Program-made: the position numbers and the translations under genes
Shown here: positions 1-9,323 of the stretch, piece after piece
How the letters are laid out: every line of letters starts with the position of its first letter
How positions within the stretch are numbered: position 1 is the stretch's first letter
The notes under the pieces: model-generated
What the model saw: the letters and a program-made list of their open reading frames with translations, nothing else
What the model was told of the DNA's origin: nothing
The model's database searches: none
Origin: an uncultured Chloroflexia bacterium
GTDB taxonomy: Bacteria > Chloroflexota > Limnocylindria > Limnocylindrales > CSP1-4
DNA: 64,000 nucleotides
NCBI GenBank assembly: GCA_963767165.1
Contig: CAVYCV010000003.1
Span: 986,509-1,050,508 of the forward strand
Direction of reading: 5' to 3'

Positions 1-386
1 CGACGCTCGTCGGCTACGACCTTGCCAACGTCGTCGAGGTCACGGTGCGCGACCTGGCCGCGGTCGCGGTGGTCGTGGACGACGCCCTTCGGGCCGGCGC
101 GACCAGCCTCGATGGTCTCGTGTTCCAGGTCGACGATCCGACCGAGCCCGAACGGGCTGCGCGGGTCGCCGCCGTCGCCGCCGCCCGGGCGCGTGCCGAC
201 GTCCTGGCCGAGGCCGCCGGCGTGACCATCGCGGGCGTCTCGGGCATCGTCGAGGGCGGCCCGCCGCCGGCGTTCCCGCGCGCGAAGGCCGAGCGGATGA
301 TGCTCGCGGCCGATGCCGCGACGCCGGTCTCGGCCGGCACGACCGACGTCACGGTCACGGTGACGGTCACCTACCGGATCGCCTGA
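1..386 (+). CDS. SIMPL/DUF541-like domain protein, 5'-truncated at window edge
   Basis: In-frame ORF continues from position 3 to the stop at 386 (T/V-rich C-terminal beta region 'TDVTVTVTVTYRIA'); the listed ATG-initiated ORF 45..386 is only its tail. Resemblance to SIMPL/26-kDa periplasmic immunogenic protein family is by recall. Confidence 0.5.
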   Translation, partial: TLVGYDLANVVEVTVRDLAAVAVVVDDALRAGATSLDGLVFQVDDPTEPERAARVAAVAAARARADVLAEAAGVTIAGVSGIVEGGPPPAFPRAKAERMMLAADAATPVSAGTTDVTVTVTVTYRIA

Positions 387-415
387 GCCCCCGGGTCGGG
401 CGGCCGGGTCTGGCC

Positions 416-1678
416 TCAGCTCCCCGAGAGCACGCGCAGCAGTTCCCCGGATCCAGGGTCGACCATGTACACGGCACCGTCATCGGCCTGACCGATCGCG
501 CTGATGCTGCGCCCGCTTGCGAGGACCAGCGCTGGCTCGCGCCGGGCGTCGCCGGCCGGGTCCATCGTCCAGATGTTGCCCGAGCATTCGTCGGCGAACA
601 GGTACCGGCCGTCGAGGCTCGCCTGGGTCGGATCATGCACGACGACGCCGCCGACGACCGCGCACCCGAGGTCGTGGCCGTATGCCGCGAGGGGGAGCGT
701 CAGGCCGGTCTGGTCACAGCCCTCCGAGGGCTTGTAGCACTCGAAGCCCTCCATCGTGTTCCAGCCGAGGTCGAGCCCGCCCTGCCCGCTGCGCGAGACA
801 TCGATCTCCTCCCACGCGTTCTGGCCGACGTCCCCGATCCAGAGGTCGCCGGTGGCCGGATCGAAGCGGATCCGCCAGGGGTTGCGCACGCCGGTGTGCC
901 AGATCTCGGGGCGCGCGCCGGCCGTCGCGGTGAACGGGTTGTCCGACGGGACGTCATAGGCGGGGTCCTGGCCTGCGGGCACGTCGACGTCGATGCGCAG
1001 GATCTTCGCCAGGAGGGTGTCGAGGCGCTGTCCGTTGCCCTGCGGGTCGCCGCCGGAACCGCCATCGCCCATGGCGACGTACAGCATGCCGTCGGGGCCG
1101 AAGGCGACGGCCCCGCCGTTGTGGTTCGCGAACGGCTGCTCGATGTGCAACAGGACGCGCTCGCTCTCGGGGTCGGCCGAATCGGCGTCGAGGGACAGGT
1201 CGAACGACGAGACGACCGTGTTGCCGTCGACGTCGGTGTAGTCGACGAAGAAGCGCGGGTCGTCGGGGAACCGCGGGTGCAGTGCCAGGCCCAGGAGGCC
1301 TCGCTCGCCGCCTGCCGAGATGCGCGCGGCGATATCGAGGAACGGCTGCTCGACCAGGGCGCCGTCGCGCACGACCCGGATCCGACCTCCCTGCTCGACG
1401 ACGAAGATCCGCCCCGTCCCGTCGTCGGACGCCACGACGTCGACCGGGCTGTCGAGCCCCGACGCCACGACCTCCAGGCGCACGGTGGCGGCCGGCTCCG
1501 TCGGCTCGGGCGTGGCGCTCGCGGCGCTCGTCGGGGAAGGCGGGGCGATCGTCGGGACGGCGCTCGGCCCGCCAGACGGAGAGATCGTGGGCTGGCCGCA
1601 GGCCATCACGAGCGCGACCGACCCGATCAGGACGGCGCGCGGGAGCCGGCGCGGGGGACGAGGGTCGCGCGCCGTCAT
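416..1678 (-). CDS. PQQ-dependent sugar dehydrogenase (soluble glucose/sorbosone dehydrogenase family) lipoprotein
   Basis: 420-aa intact ORF. The N-terminus has a lipobox-like 'LVMAC' signal. Family motifs 'HNGG', 'GDGG' and 'GLRNPWR' are present, giving a beta-propeller sugar dehydrogenase signature. Confidence 0.85.
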   Translation of the reverse strand: MTARDPRPPRRLPRAVLIGSVALVMACGQPTISPSGGPSAVPTIAPPSPTSAASATPEPTEPAATVRLEVVASGLDSPVDVVASDDGTGRIFVVEQGGRIRVVRDGALVEQPFLDIAARISAGGERGLLGLALHPRFPDDPRFFVDYTDVDGNTVVSSFDLSLDADSADPESERVLLHIEQPFANHNGGAVAFGPDGMLYVAMGDGGSGGDPQGNGQRLDTLLAKILRIDVDVPAGQDPAYDVPSDNPFTATAGARPEIWHTGVRNPWRIRFDPATGDLWIGDVGQNAWEEIDVSRSGQGGLDLGWNTMEGFECYKPSEGCDQTGLTLPLAAYGHDLGCAVVGGVVVHDPTQASLDGRYLFADECSGNIWTMDPAGDARREPALVLASGRSISAIGQADDGAVYMVDPGSGELLRVLSGS

Positions 1679-1778
1679 GGCCCGATGCTACCAAGCATCG
1701 GTCGAGTGAGCGTGCGGGCCGGCCCGTGGCTCGGCTCGCTGGCCGTCCGCCCTGCTACCCTGCGCGCCGGGAGGATCC

Positions 1779-2912
1779 TTGCTCGATCGAACCATCTCCG
1801 GAGCCGGTGCCCTGACCGACCTGGCCGATCGGGCCGTGCGCCCTCTCGGCCAGCGGCGCGGCGCGAACCCGCTGGCGACGCGACCGGGGTCGGTCATCGT
1901 CGTCGTCCTGCTCGTGCTCCTCGCGATGCTGCTGGTGCTGGCCGGGCTCGAGGTGACCGACGATCCCTCGCCGCGCGTGCTCGCCGCAGGCGCGATCGTG
2001 ACCGACACGGGCCTCCCGGACCGTCTCTACGCGACCGTGTCAGGCAGCGTCTCACCCGACTACGTCGAGACGTTCTTCGACCTCAATGGCAACGGGACCA
2101 AGGAGGCCGGCGAGGTCACTGCCGAGTGGTACTACTTCCTCGTCGATCCCGACACGTTCGCAGGCGTGACCGTGCGATCGATGCGACCGCCGGAGGAGCT
2201 CGTCAGTGCCGACGACTTCGCGCTGGAGCCCGGCACGTTCACCGGGATGCTGAGGCGCGACGAGCGAGCCGTGAGCGACGCGAAGTCGACGTCGGGCCTG
2301 GGCTTCGACGACCGGGTCCTGACCGTGAGCGACCGCTATCTCCTCGACGACGGCGCATCGCCGGCCAACCCCTACCTCGCCTACGGGCTGGCCGGTTTGG
2401 TCGGCCTGCTGGCCGGTGCCATCCTCGTCGGCCTCGCCGGCGGGTACCTGATCTATCGCCGCGCCGGCGGGCGCCTCCCCGAGCCGGCGACGAGCCTGGC
2501 GGTCGGCGAGCGTGTCCCGGTCAAGGTCACCGGCATGTTGCGAACGACCGAGGGGCTCATCCACGTGCGGGAGGTCCCGGCCGACCTGGTGCGGTTCTCC
2601 CTGGCGGCGCGGCCGGAGCCCTCGGCGGTCGAGGTCGCCGCGCCCGCGCTCGAGCCGTCCTCGACGCTGATCATCGAGCGTCGCGGCCGGCCGGAAGGCG
2701 TCGCGCTGGGTCTCGGCCAGCTCGTGCGACTCACGTCCGGGGTCGTCCTCCCGTTCCGAGGTGCGCGTCCGGCGCTCCGGGCAGTGGCCGGCACGGGTCC
2801 GCTCCTGCTCTCCTTCGAGAGCGAAGGGGACCGCGACCGCGCCGCCGGCGACCTGCTGGACGAGACCGGCCTCGGGTCGGGTGTGGCCAGGAACGACCGC
2901 GTGGAGGGCTGA
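1779..2912 (+). CDS. hypothetical membrane protein (two predicted TM segments)
   Basis: 377-aa ORF with hydrophobic stretches 'VIVVVLLVLLAMLLVLAGL' and 'LAGLVGLLAGAILVGLAGG'. No recognisable domain. Confidence 0.45.
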   Translation: MLDRTISGAGALTDLADRAVRPLGQRRGANPLATRPGSVIVVVLLVLLAMLLVLAGLEVTDDPSPRVLAAGAIVTDTGLPDRLYATVSGSVSPDYVETFFDLNGNGTKEAGEVTAEWYYFLVDPDTFAGVTVRSMRPPEELVSADDFALEPGTFTGMLRRDERAVSDAKSTSGLGFDDRVLTVSDRYLLDDGASPANPYLAYGLAGLVGLLAGAILVGLAGGYLIYRRAGGRLPEPATSLAVGERVPVKVTGMLRTTEGLIHVREVPADLVRFSLAARPEPSAVEVAAPALEPSSTLIIERRGRPEGVALGLGQLVRLTSGVVLPFRGARPALRAVAGTGPLLLSFESEGDRDRAAGDLLDETGLGSGVARNDRVEG

Positions 2913-2915
2913 TCG

Positions 2916-3242
2916 ATGGACGCGTGGGAGCTTGGTGACGTCGAATCGACACGTGTCGCGGCCGGCCGGTCGTACGAGGAGTTCCTCCGGGTCCCCGACC
3001 TGTCGGCCGGGTTGTACGTCCTCGACGCGGGCGCCACCGACCCCCAGTCGCCACATACGGAGGACGAGCTCTATTACGTCGTCCGCGGCCGCGGCCAGGT
3101 GAGCGTCGGGCAGGAGACCCGGGACGTCGTGCCCGGGTCGCTCGTGTTCGTCGCCGCGCAGGTCCCGCACCGCTTCCACGACATCGTGGAGCGACTGGAG
3201 ATCCTGGTCGTCTTCGGTCCGGCCGAGGGCGATCGCGGCTGA
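2916..3242 (+). CDS. cupin domain protein
   Basis: 108-aa ORF with cupin-like motif 'HTEDELYYVVRGRGQVSVG...GSLVFVAAQVPHRF'. It starts 4 nt after the preceding gene, so the two are probably co-transcribed. Confidence 0.7.
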   Translation: MDAWELGDVESTRVAAGRSYEEFLRVPDLSAGLYVLDAGATDPQSPHTEDELYYVVRGRGQVSVGQETRDVVPGSLVFVAAQVPHRFHDIVERLEILVVFGPAEGDRG

Positions 3243-3249
3243 CCCCGGC

Positions 3250-3990
3250 TCAACCCCCGGCGCGACCGCCGGCCGTGACGGCGTCAGAGAGCTCGATGGC
3301 CAGCTCCGGTCCACGTCCGACCGGGTCGTGCCGGAAGAACACGTACGCATCCATCCCGGACGAGAGGAACGGCTCCAGCCGGGCCGCCCAGGCCGCGACC
3401 TCATCGGGCGTGTACTCGTGGCGGCGCAGTCGGAGGTAGAGGAACGTGCCGGTCGCTCGGATGGTCGGCGGCTCCGGGTCGTCGGGGAGCTCTGTTGCGA
3501 CGAGCGCGGCCCCGGCGCCGGCGAGTGCCGCGAACGTCTCGTCGACCAGCCACGCCGGGTCCTGGCACTCGACCGCCAGTGGCAGGTCGCGCGGCCACGC
3601 TGCGAGGAGGGCCGCGAGCCGATCGTCGTTCCGTGCGACACCGGTGGGAACGCGGAACAGGACGCAGCCGAGGCGCTCCCCGAACGCCCGGTACGGCCCG
3701 GTCAGCCACGGCACGCTGGTCGCCGGGTCGGCCAGGGACCGCGCCGATCCGCCACGCTGGGCCTTGACCGTGAAGCGGAAGCCGTCCGGCGTGGCCGCCA
3801 GCCAGGCCGCGACCTTGGCCGCGGACGGCTGCTGGTAATAGGTGTTGTTGAGCTCGACCGCATCGAGGCGGTTCGCGTAGTGCTCCAGGAGTCGGTCGGC
3901 GGCGAGCCCGGCCGGGTAGAAGCGCGGCGCCCACCCGGGATAGGCGAAGCCGCTCGTGCCGGTGAAGAGGCGGCCGGTCAGGCCTCGGGC
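3250..3990 (-). CDS. DUF72 (UPF0759/YecE-like) family protein; start codon unresolved
   Basis: The ATG-ORF 3250..3714 carries the DUF72 C-terminus. The same frame continues upstream without a stop and encodes the canonical DUF72 N-terminus 'LFTGTSGFAYPGWAPRFYP...VELNNTYY' up to about 3990. No in-frame ATG exists, so the start is a non-ATG codon or is affected by an indel. Confidence 0.65.
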   Translation of the reverse strand, partial: ARGLTGRLFTGTSGFAYPGWAPRFYPAGLAADRLLEHYANRLDAVELNNTYYQQPSAAKVAAWLAATPDGFRFTVKAQRGGSARSLADPATSVPWLTGPYRAFGERLGCVLFRVPTGVARNDDRLAALLAAWPRDLPLAVECQDPAWLVDETFAALAGAGAALVATELPDDPEPPTIRATGTFLYLRLRRHEYTPDEVAAWAARLEPFLSSGMDAYVFFRHDPVGRGPELAIELSDAVTAGGRAGG

Positions 3991-4510
3991 TCCGCCCCGC
4001 CATCGTCGGGCTGGGTCTGGCGTGGCTCGCTCGACCCGCTCCCGGCCCGGTCGGCGACGACCTGCATGGCCCGTCCCACCTCGGCGAGCTGTCCGTCGTC
4101 GAGGACCTCGAGGAAGTGGTCGGCGATGCCGCGCAGGTGCGTGGACGACGCCGCGCGCAGCCGGGCCAGGCCGGACTCGGTCAGGACCGCCTCCGCGCCG
4201 CGAGCGTCGGTCACGCAGGTGTCACGCGCGACGAGGCCGTCCGCGACCAGTCGATCGATGAGACGCGTCACGCCGCTCTTGCTGAGCAGCACCTGGTCGG
4301 CGAGCTGGCGCATCCGGACCCGGCGTCCCGGCGACGTGGCGATGGTCAGAAGGGCGTCGTACTCGGCGAACGAGAGGTCGTGCTCCGCGCGCAATTCGTC
4401 ATCGAGCCGGCGCGAGACCCGGGCGTGCGCCAGCATGAACGCTCGCCACGGGGCGAGGCGCGGGTCGTGGGCCGTCAGTGGCCGAGTGGCTGGGCGGGAA
4501 ACAACCATCG
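3978..4510 (-). CDS. MarR family transcriptional regulator
   Basis: C-terminal ~177 aa of ORF 3978..5216, initiating at 'MVVSRPAT'. Winged-HTH MarR motif 'LSFAEYDALLTI...VRMRQLADQVLLSKSGVTRLIDRLVADGLVAR'. The 5' part of the long ORF is an out-of-frame overlap with the neighbouring dehydrogenase gene. Confidence 0.8.
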
Positions 4511-4579
4511 TCGCCAGTGATGCTACCGCACTCGTGTTCGCGGGCTGGTTGCGTTGGCCGGCTCGCGCCGGCCGGCCGG

Positions 4580-5752
4580 TCAGGCCGTGACGCGGTAGAC
4601 CGTGCCGCCCAGGGAGACCATGAACAGCTCGCCGTTGTCGCCCTCGCCGAACGAGCTGATGTTCTGTGCCGTGTCCCGGAGCAGCGTCTTCGTCGCCGGG
4701 GTCTTGGCGCCGCGCGGGATCGACCAGATCTTGCCCGAGCAGAAGTCCGCGAAGATGTACTTGCCGACGAGCGGCGCCGACGGGCCGCGATAGACGTAGC
4801 CGCCGGTCACGGAGCAGTTGCCGCCACGACGTGGCCGTATTCCACGACCGGAACCACCTTGCCGCTCTTGTTGCAGCCGCTCGACGGCCGGTAGCAGTGC
4901 CGGCCCTCCACGACGCGCCAGCCGAAGTTGGAGCCGCGAGCGGCGGGGCCGCCCGTCGAGGTGACCTGCTTGCGGTTGATCTCCTCGTACCGGTTCTGGC
5001 CGACGTCGCCGATCCAGAGGTCGCCGCGGGTGCGATCGAACGAGAACTTCCACGGGTTGCGCAGGCCGTACGACCAGATCTCGTTGCGTCCAGCTCTCCC
5101 GACGAAGGGATTCGAGGCCGGGATCCTGTACTGGCGCGAGCCCATGGTGCCGTTGATGTTGATCCGCAGGATCTTGCCGAGCAGCCGGTTCTTGTTCTGC
5201 GCGTTGTTGGGCGCATCGCCGCTACCGCCGCCGTCGCCTGACGCCGATGTACAGGTAGCCGTCCGGGCCGAAGGCGAGCATGCCGCCGTTGTGGTTGCTG
5301 TTCGCGCTGTGCTCGATCGTCAGGATCCGCCGGCGGCTGGCCATGTCGGTGCGGTTGGGATTCGTCGTCGAGGCCTTGTACTCGTTGATCGCGATGTCGC
5401 CGCCCTTGCGCGTGAAGTAGACATAGAACTTGCGGTTCGTCTCGTAGTTCGGGTGGAACGCCAGGCCCAGCAGGCCCCGCTCGCCGCCCGAGGCGATCGA
5501 GCCGCTGATGTTGAGGAACGTCCCGAGCGAGGCGCCGGCCTGGGTGTAGGCCTTGATCCGCCCGCCCTGCTCGACGACGAACAGCCGGTTCGTGCCGTCT
5601 CGCGCGCCGGTGACGAAGACCGGGCTCGACAGGCCCGTGATGACCTCCGGCAGGCTGAGCGCGCTCGCGGGCGCCGGCGGCACCATCAGGGCAAGCGCGG
5701 CCAGAAGGGCGAGTGCGGCGCCGCGCGTCCGCCGGCGCGCGCTCAGCGCCAA
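4580..5752 (-). pseudogene. PQQ-dependent sugar dehydrogenase paralog, disrupted by two compensating ±1 frameshifts (pseudogene or assembly indels)
   Basis: The gene is split across three reading frames. The N-terminal part (frame of 5222..5815) has a signal peptide with AxA site, 'VVEQGGRI' and 'HNGGMLAFGPDGYLYIGV'. Frame switches at ~5225 and ~4815. The middle part (frame of 4807..5145) continues 'GDGGGSGD...LGKILRI...GLRNPWKFSFD', and the C-terminal part (4580..5053) has 'TGGYVYRG...IFADFCSGKIW'. Probable TTG start at 5750-5752. Confidence 0.75.
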
Positions 5753-6072
5753 CTCTCCGGGTCGAGCAGGAAGAACGTGGTCTGGCTGAGGTTCGCGGTC
5801 AACGAGTCCCACCACTCGACGAGTCGATCGTCGAAGGAACGCCCCACGAGATCCTCGGCGACGGGGCGTCGCTCGGATCCGGGGCTGGGCGCGAACGCAC
5901 TCATGAAGGAGCCTGGTGCGCCCGCTCGGCGAGGATGGGCTTCGCGGATCTGGGCCATCGCGGCGTAGCCTGACACGCGCACAGGGTAACCGCTACTGCC
6001 AAACGCACGCCACCCTGCGGCTCGGTCGGGTCACGCCTCCAGGGCCGGACAGGGGCCGGTATCCTCCTCGCC

Positions 6073-6940
6073 ATGAAGACGACGACGCGGCCCTTCGGCG
6101 GCCAGAGCATGTCCGCCCCGCTCCTCGATGTCCTCGTCAAGCGACCGGGGGCAGCGTTCGCGGCGGCGTTCGACGATCCCGACCATGGCTTCTTCCACGC
6201 GCCGGACCTCGACGTCGCCCAACGCGAGCACGACGTCTTCGCCGACACGCTCGCGCGCCTGGGCGCCACCGTCCACGTCCTGGAGACCGAGACCGAGAGC
6301 CCGGATCTCGTCTACACGTTCGACCCGCTGCTGGTGACGGATCGGGGGGCGATCCCGCTCCGGCCGGGGAAGGCGAATCGACTCGGCGAGCCCGCGGCGA
6401 TCGAGGCGTGGACGACGGCTGCCGGGATCCCGACGGTGGGCCGGATCGAGGCGCCCGGGACCGCCGAGGGCGGCGACACCCTCTGGCTCCGACCCGACCT
6501 GTTCTGCATCGGGCGATCGCTGCGGACCAATGACGCCGGGGCGCGGCAGCTCGCCGAGCTCGTGGGCGGTGACGTCCGGATCTTCGACGTCCCGTACTGG
6601 CGCGGGCCCGTCCAAGCTGGTCCACCTCATGTCGGTCATCTCGCCCATCGCAGACGACCTCGCGGTCGTCTACCTGCCGCTGCTGCCGGTCGGTCTCTGG
6701 GCGCTGCTCGGCGAACTCGGCATCCGGCTCGTCGAGGTGACCGACGAGGAGTACTGGACGCTCGGGTGCAACGTGCTCGCGGTCCGCCCGGGCGTGGTGA
6801 TCATCGCCGAGGGCAACCCGGTGGTCGCCGCGGCACTCGCCGCAGCCGGCTGCGAGGTCCACACCTACCCGGCCACCGAGATCGGCCTCAACGGCTCCGG
6901 CGGGCCGACCTGCATGGCGCGACCCATCCTTCGTGGTTGA
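6073..6940 (+). CDS. amidinotransferase/DDAH (dimethylarginine dimethylaminohydrolase)-like protein, one frameshift near 6605
   Basis: The N-terminal 180 aa (6073.. frame) are in family through 'DVPYWRGP'. The remainder is in frame 6530..6940 ('LVHLMSVISP...GGPTCMARPILRG', matching the family C-terminal catalytic Cys region). Confidence 0.7.
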
Positions 6941-8203
6941 GCCGCGGGCCGTGCCGCCCGTGACGCCCGTGATCGACCGGGCGCGCCTGGTCGAGGACCT
7001 GCGGACGCTCGTCGCGGTCCCGAGCGTCACCGGTTCCGAGGAGGCGGTCGCCGCCACGGCCGCGGATCTCCTCCGCGGGGTCGGCCTGGCGGTCGAGGTC
7101 GTCTCGCCCGACCCGGCCGCGGTCCGTGCCGACCCCGATTGGCCCGGGGAGGAGATGCCCCGGACCGCGCTGCCGGTCGTGATCGGGCGGGCCGGGCGGC
7201 CAGGGGGCCGGCGGATCATCCTGTCGGGTCATCTCGATGTCGTGCCTCCCGGCGATCCCGCCACGTGGACCGCCGATCCGTGGGGCGGGGAGATCCGAGG
7301 CGGCGCGCTCTTCGGCCGGGGTGCGTGCGACATGAAGGGCGGGGTCGCGGCGATCCTGGGCGCAGTCCGCGCGCTCGAGGCCTCGGGCGACCTCGACCGG
7401 CTGGATGGCGAGCTGATCGTCGCGCTCGTGCCGTCGGAGGAGGACGGCGGCCAGGGCACGCTCGCCGCGATCCGGGCCGGGGTGACCGGCGACCTCGCGA
7501 TCATCCCCGAGCCGTCAAACCTCGACATCGTCGTGGCGCACGCCGGCGCGATCACGTTCCGGTTGACCGTTCCGGGTCGCGCGGCCCATGCATCGCAGCG
7601 TCGCGAGGGCATCTCCGCCCTCGACAAGCTGTGGGTCCTCTCGAAGGCGCTGGAGGCGGACGAGACGCGTCGCAACGCCGCCGAGACCGACCCGCTGATG
7701 ACGGCCCTCGGGCTGCCGTACCCGACGATCATCGGGATCGTGTCGGGCGGGGAGTGGGCCTCGACCGTGCTCGACCGGGTCACCGCCGACGGCCGATATG
7801 GCGTGCGGCTCGGGCAGTCGGCTGCCGAGGCGGAGGCCGAGCTGCGCGCGGCGATCGCCGCGGCCTGCGCCGCCGACGACTTCCTGCGCGAGCATCCGGC
7901 GCGACGGTCGAGATCACCGGTGGCCGGTTCGGCTCGGCGCGCGTGGCGTCGGACCACCCGCTGCCGGTCGGCCTCGCGAACGTCGCCGAGAGCGTCACGG
8001 GACGCAGCCCAGCGCTGCTCGGCGAGCCGTACGGCGCCGACATGCAGATGTTCGTCAACGTCGGCGCGACGCCGTGCGTCATCTTCGGCCCGGGCGACGT
8101 GAAGGTTGCCCACAGCGCCGACGAGCATGTCCCGCTCGACGAGGTCGAGACCTGTGCGCGCGTGCTCGCGGCCTGGGTCCAGGCGGAGCTGATCGAGGCC
8201 TGA
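6933..8203 (+). CDS. M20 family metallopeptidase (ArgE/DapE-type deacylase), one frameshift near 7895
   Basis: M20 metal-binding motifs 'GHLDVVPPGD' and 'GRGACDMKGG' are present in frame 6933... The C-terminal dimerisation/catalytic part ('GADMQMFVNVGATPCVIFGPGDVKVAHSADEHVPL') is in frame 7139..8203. This gene overlaps the end of the DDAH-like gene by 8 nt. Confidence 0.75.
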
Positions 8204-8258
8204 CCGCCGCGCCATTTTCACCCCTTGACGCGACCGCGACCCGTGCGACGCTGGGGGC

Positions 8259-9323
8259 GTGAGGAAGATCACCGAGAAGACGCCCAAACGCGTCGTCGCC
8301 TGGTCCGGACATCCGGAGGAACGGATCCTCGGGATGGCCGAGGTCGCCGCACGGTTCGGGGTCACCCGCCAACGGGTCGGCCAGATCGCCAGGGCCGACC
8401 GGACGTTCCCGCGGCCGGGCCTGAACGACGGAGCCGGCGCGGCCTGGCTCGCCGCAGGCATCGAGGGCTGGGCGGCTGCGCACCGGCCGACGGCCGACAC
8501 CGGCCGCTTCGGGCCTGAGGTCGCAGCGCTCATCATCCACGCCGAGTCCATCGCCGGGCAGGTGGGTCACCCGTACGTCTCGAGCGTCCACGTCTGGCAC
8601 GCGCTGGCATCGGGCGTCGGCGGGACGGCGCTCGCAGATGCGATCCGCTCGATGGGTCTCGATCCGGCGACGATCGACGAGTGGTTCCGACGCGTCGATC
8701 CCGGGCTGGGCGCAAGCCGATCGAGACGGATGACGCCCGCCACACAGGACCGCCTGGAAGCGGCGGACAAGGTCGTCCGGACGGCGGGCCGGACGACCGT
8801 CCTTCCCACCGACGTCGCACTCGCCTTCGTGGATTCGCATCGATACCGCTGGGGCTCCGACGACCACCTGATCGCCTGCGGAGAGCGTCGCGGTCTCGAC
8901 ACGGCCGAACTCCGGCGCCGGATCACGGTCGTCGCCGCCGACCCCGATGCGCTCGTCGACTTCCCGTCCACGCCGCTCCCGAAGCGTCGGCCGCCGCGCC
9001 GCGGGGCAAGGAGGCCCACGTGGCTGGACCTCGCGCCGAACCCGCTCGGCCACGACCCGTGGGTACGCCGTCCGTGGGGCGCCGGCTTCGCGGTCACCCG
9101 CGAAGGGAAGCACCTCACCTTCGAGGACAGGCACTGGTTCTTCTTCATCGACGCCGACGGCTACTACGTCCGTGCGGCGGACGGGCGCCCGGTGGGTTAT
9201 CGATATCGCGTGCTCCACAAGATGCCCAAGCGGCTGCCGGGCCGGCCGAAGATGGAGATCCTGCCGATGCCGCCATTCCCGCTTCGGGACTGGCCGGACC
9301 GGCGCTACGTCCGCGAGGACTGA
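8259..9323 (+). CDS. HTH (excisionase/MerR-like) DNA-binding domain fused to Clp N-terminal domain repeats; uncharacterised C-terminal region
   Basis: GTG start. 'ILGMAEVAARFGVTRQRVGQIARADRTFPRP...WLAAGIEGW' resembles Xis/AlpA-type HTH. It is followed by two Clp_N-like repeats ('HPYVSSVHVWHALAS', 'TPATQDRLEAADKVVRTAGRTTVLPTDVALAFV'). The C-terminal 'HWFFFIDADGYYVRAADGRPVGYRYRVLH' is not recognised. Confidence 0.55.
   Translation: MRKITEKTPKRVVAWSGHPEERILGMAEVAARFGVTRQRVGQIARADRTFPRPGLNDGAGAAWLAAGIEGWAAAHRPTADTGRFGPEVAALIIHAESIAGQVGHPYVSSVHVWHALASGVGGTALADAIRSMGLDPATIDEWFRRVDPGLGASRSRRMTPATQDRLEAADKVVRTAGRTTVLPTDVALAFVDSHRYRWGSDDHLIACGERRGLDTAELRRRITVVAADPDALVDFPSTPLPKRRPPRRGARRPTWLDLAPNPLGHDPWVRRPWGAGFAVTREGKHLTFEDRHWFFFIDADGYYVRAADGRPVGYRYRVLHKMPKRLPGRPKMEILPMPPFPLRDWPDRRYVRED

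Noticed and set aside
635-2938. 767-aa plus-strand ORF and other 300-560-aa ORFs overlapping annotated genes (e.g. 3328..4590, 35534..37177, 16173..17576, 59618..61657)
   Set aside because: Each is out of frame with or antisense to a gene that has clear family motifs, and the products are low complexity.
5916-6060. Possible additional gene between the second PQQ dehydrogenase and the DDAH-like gene
   Set aside because: Only overlapping low-complexity ORFs (5916..6533, 5901..6269). No motif or RBS support.
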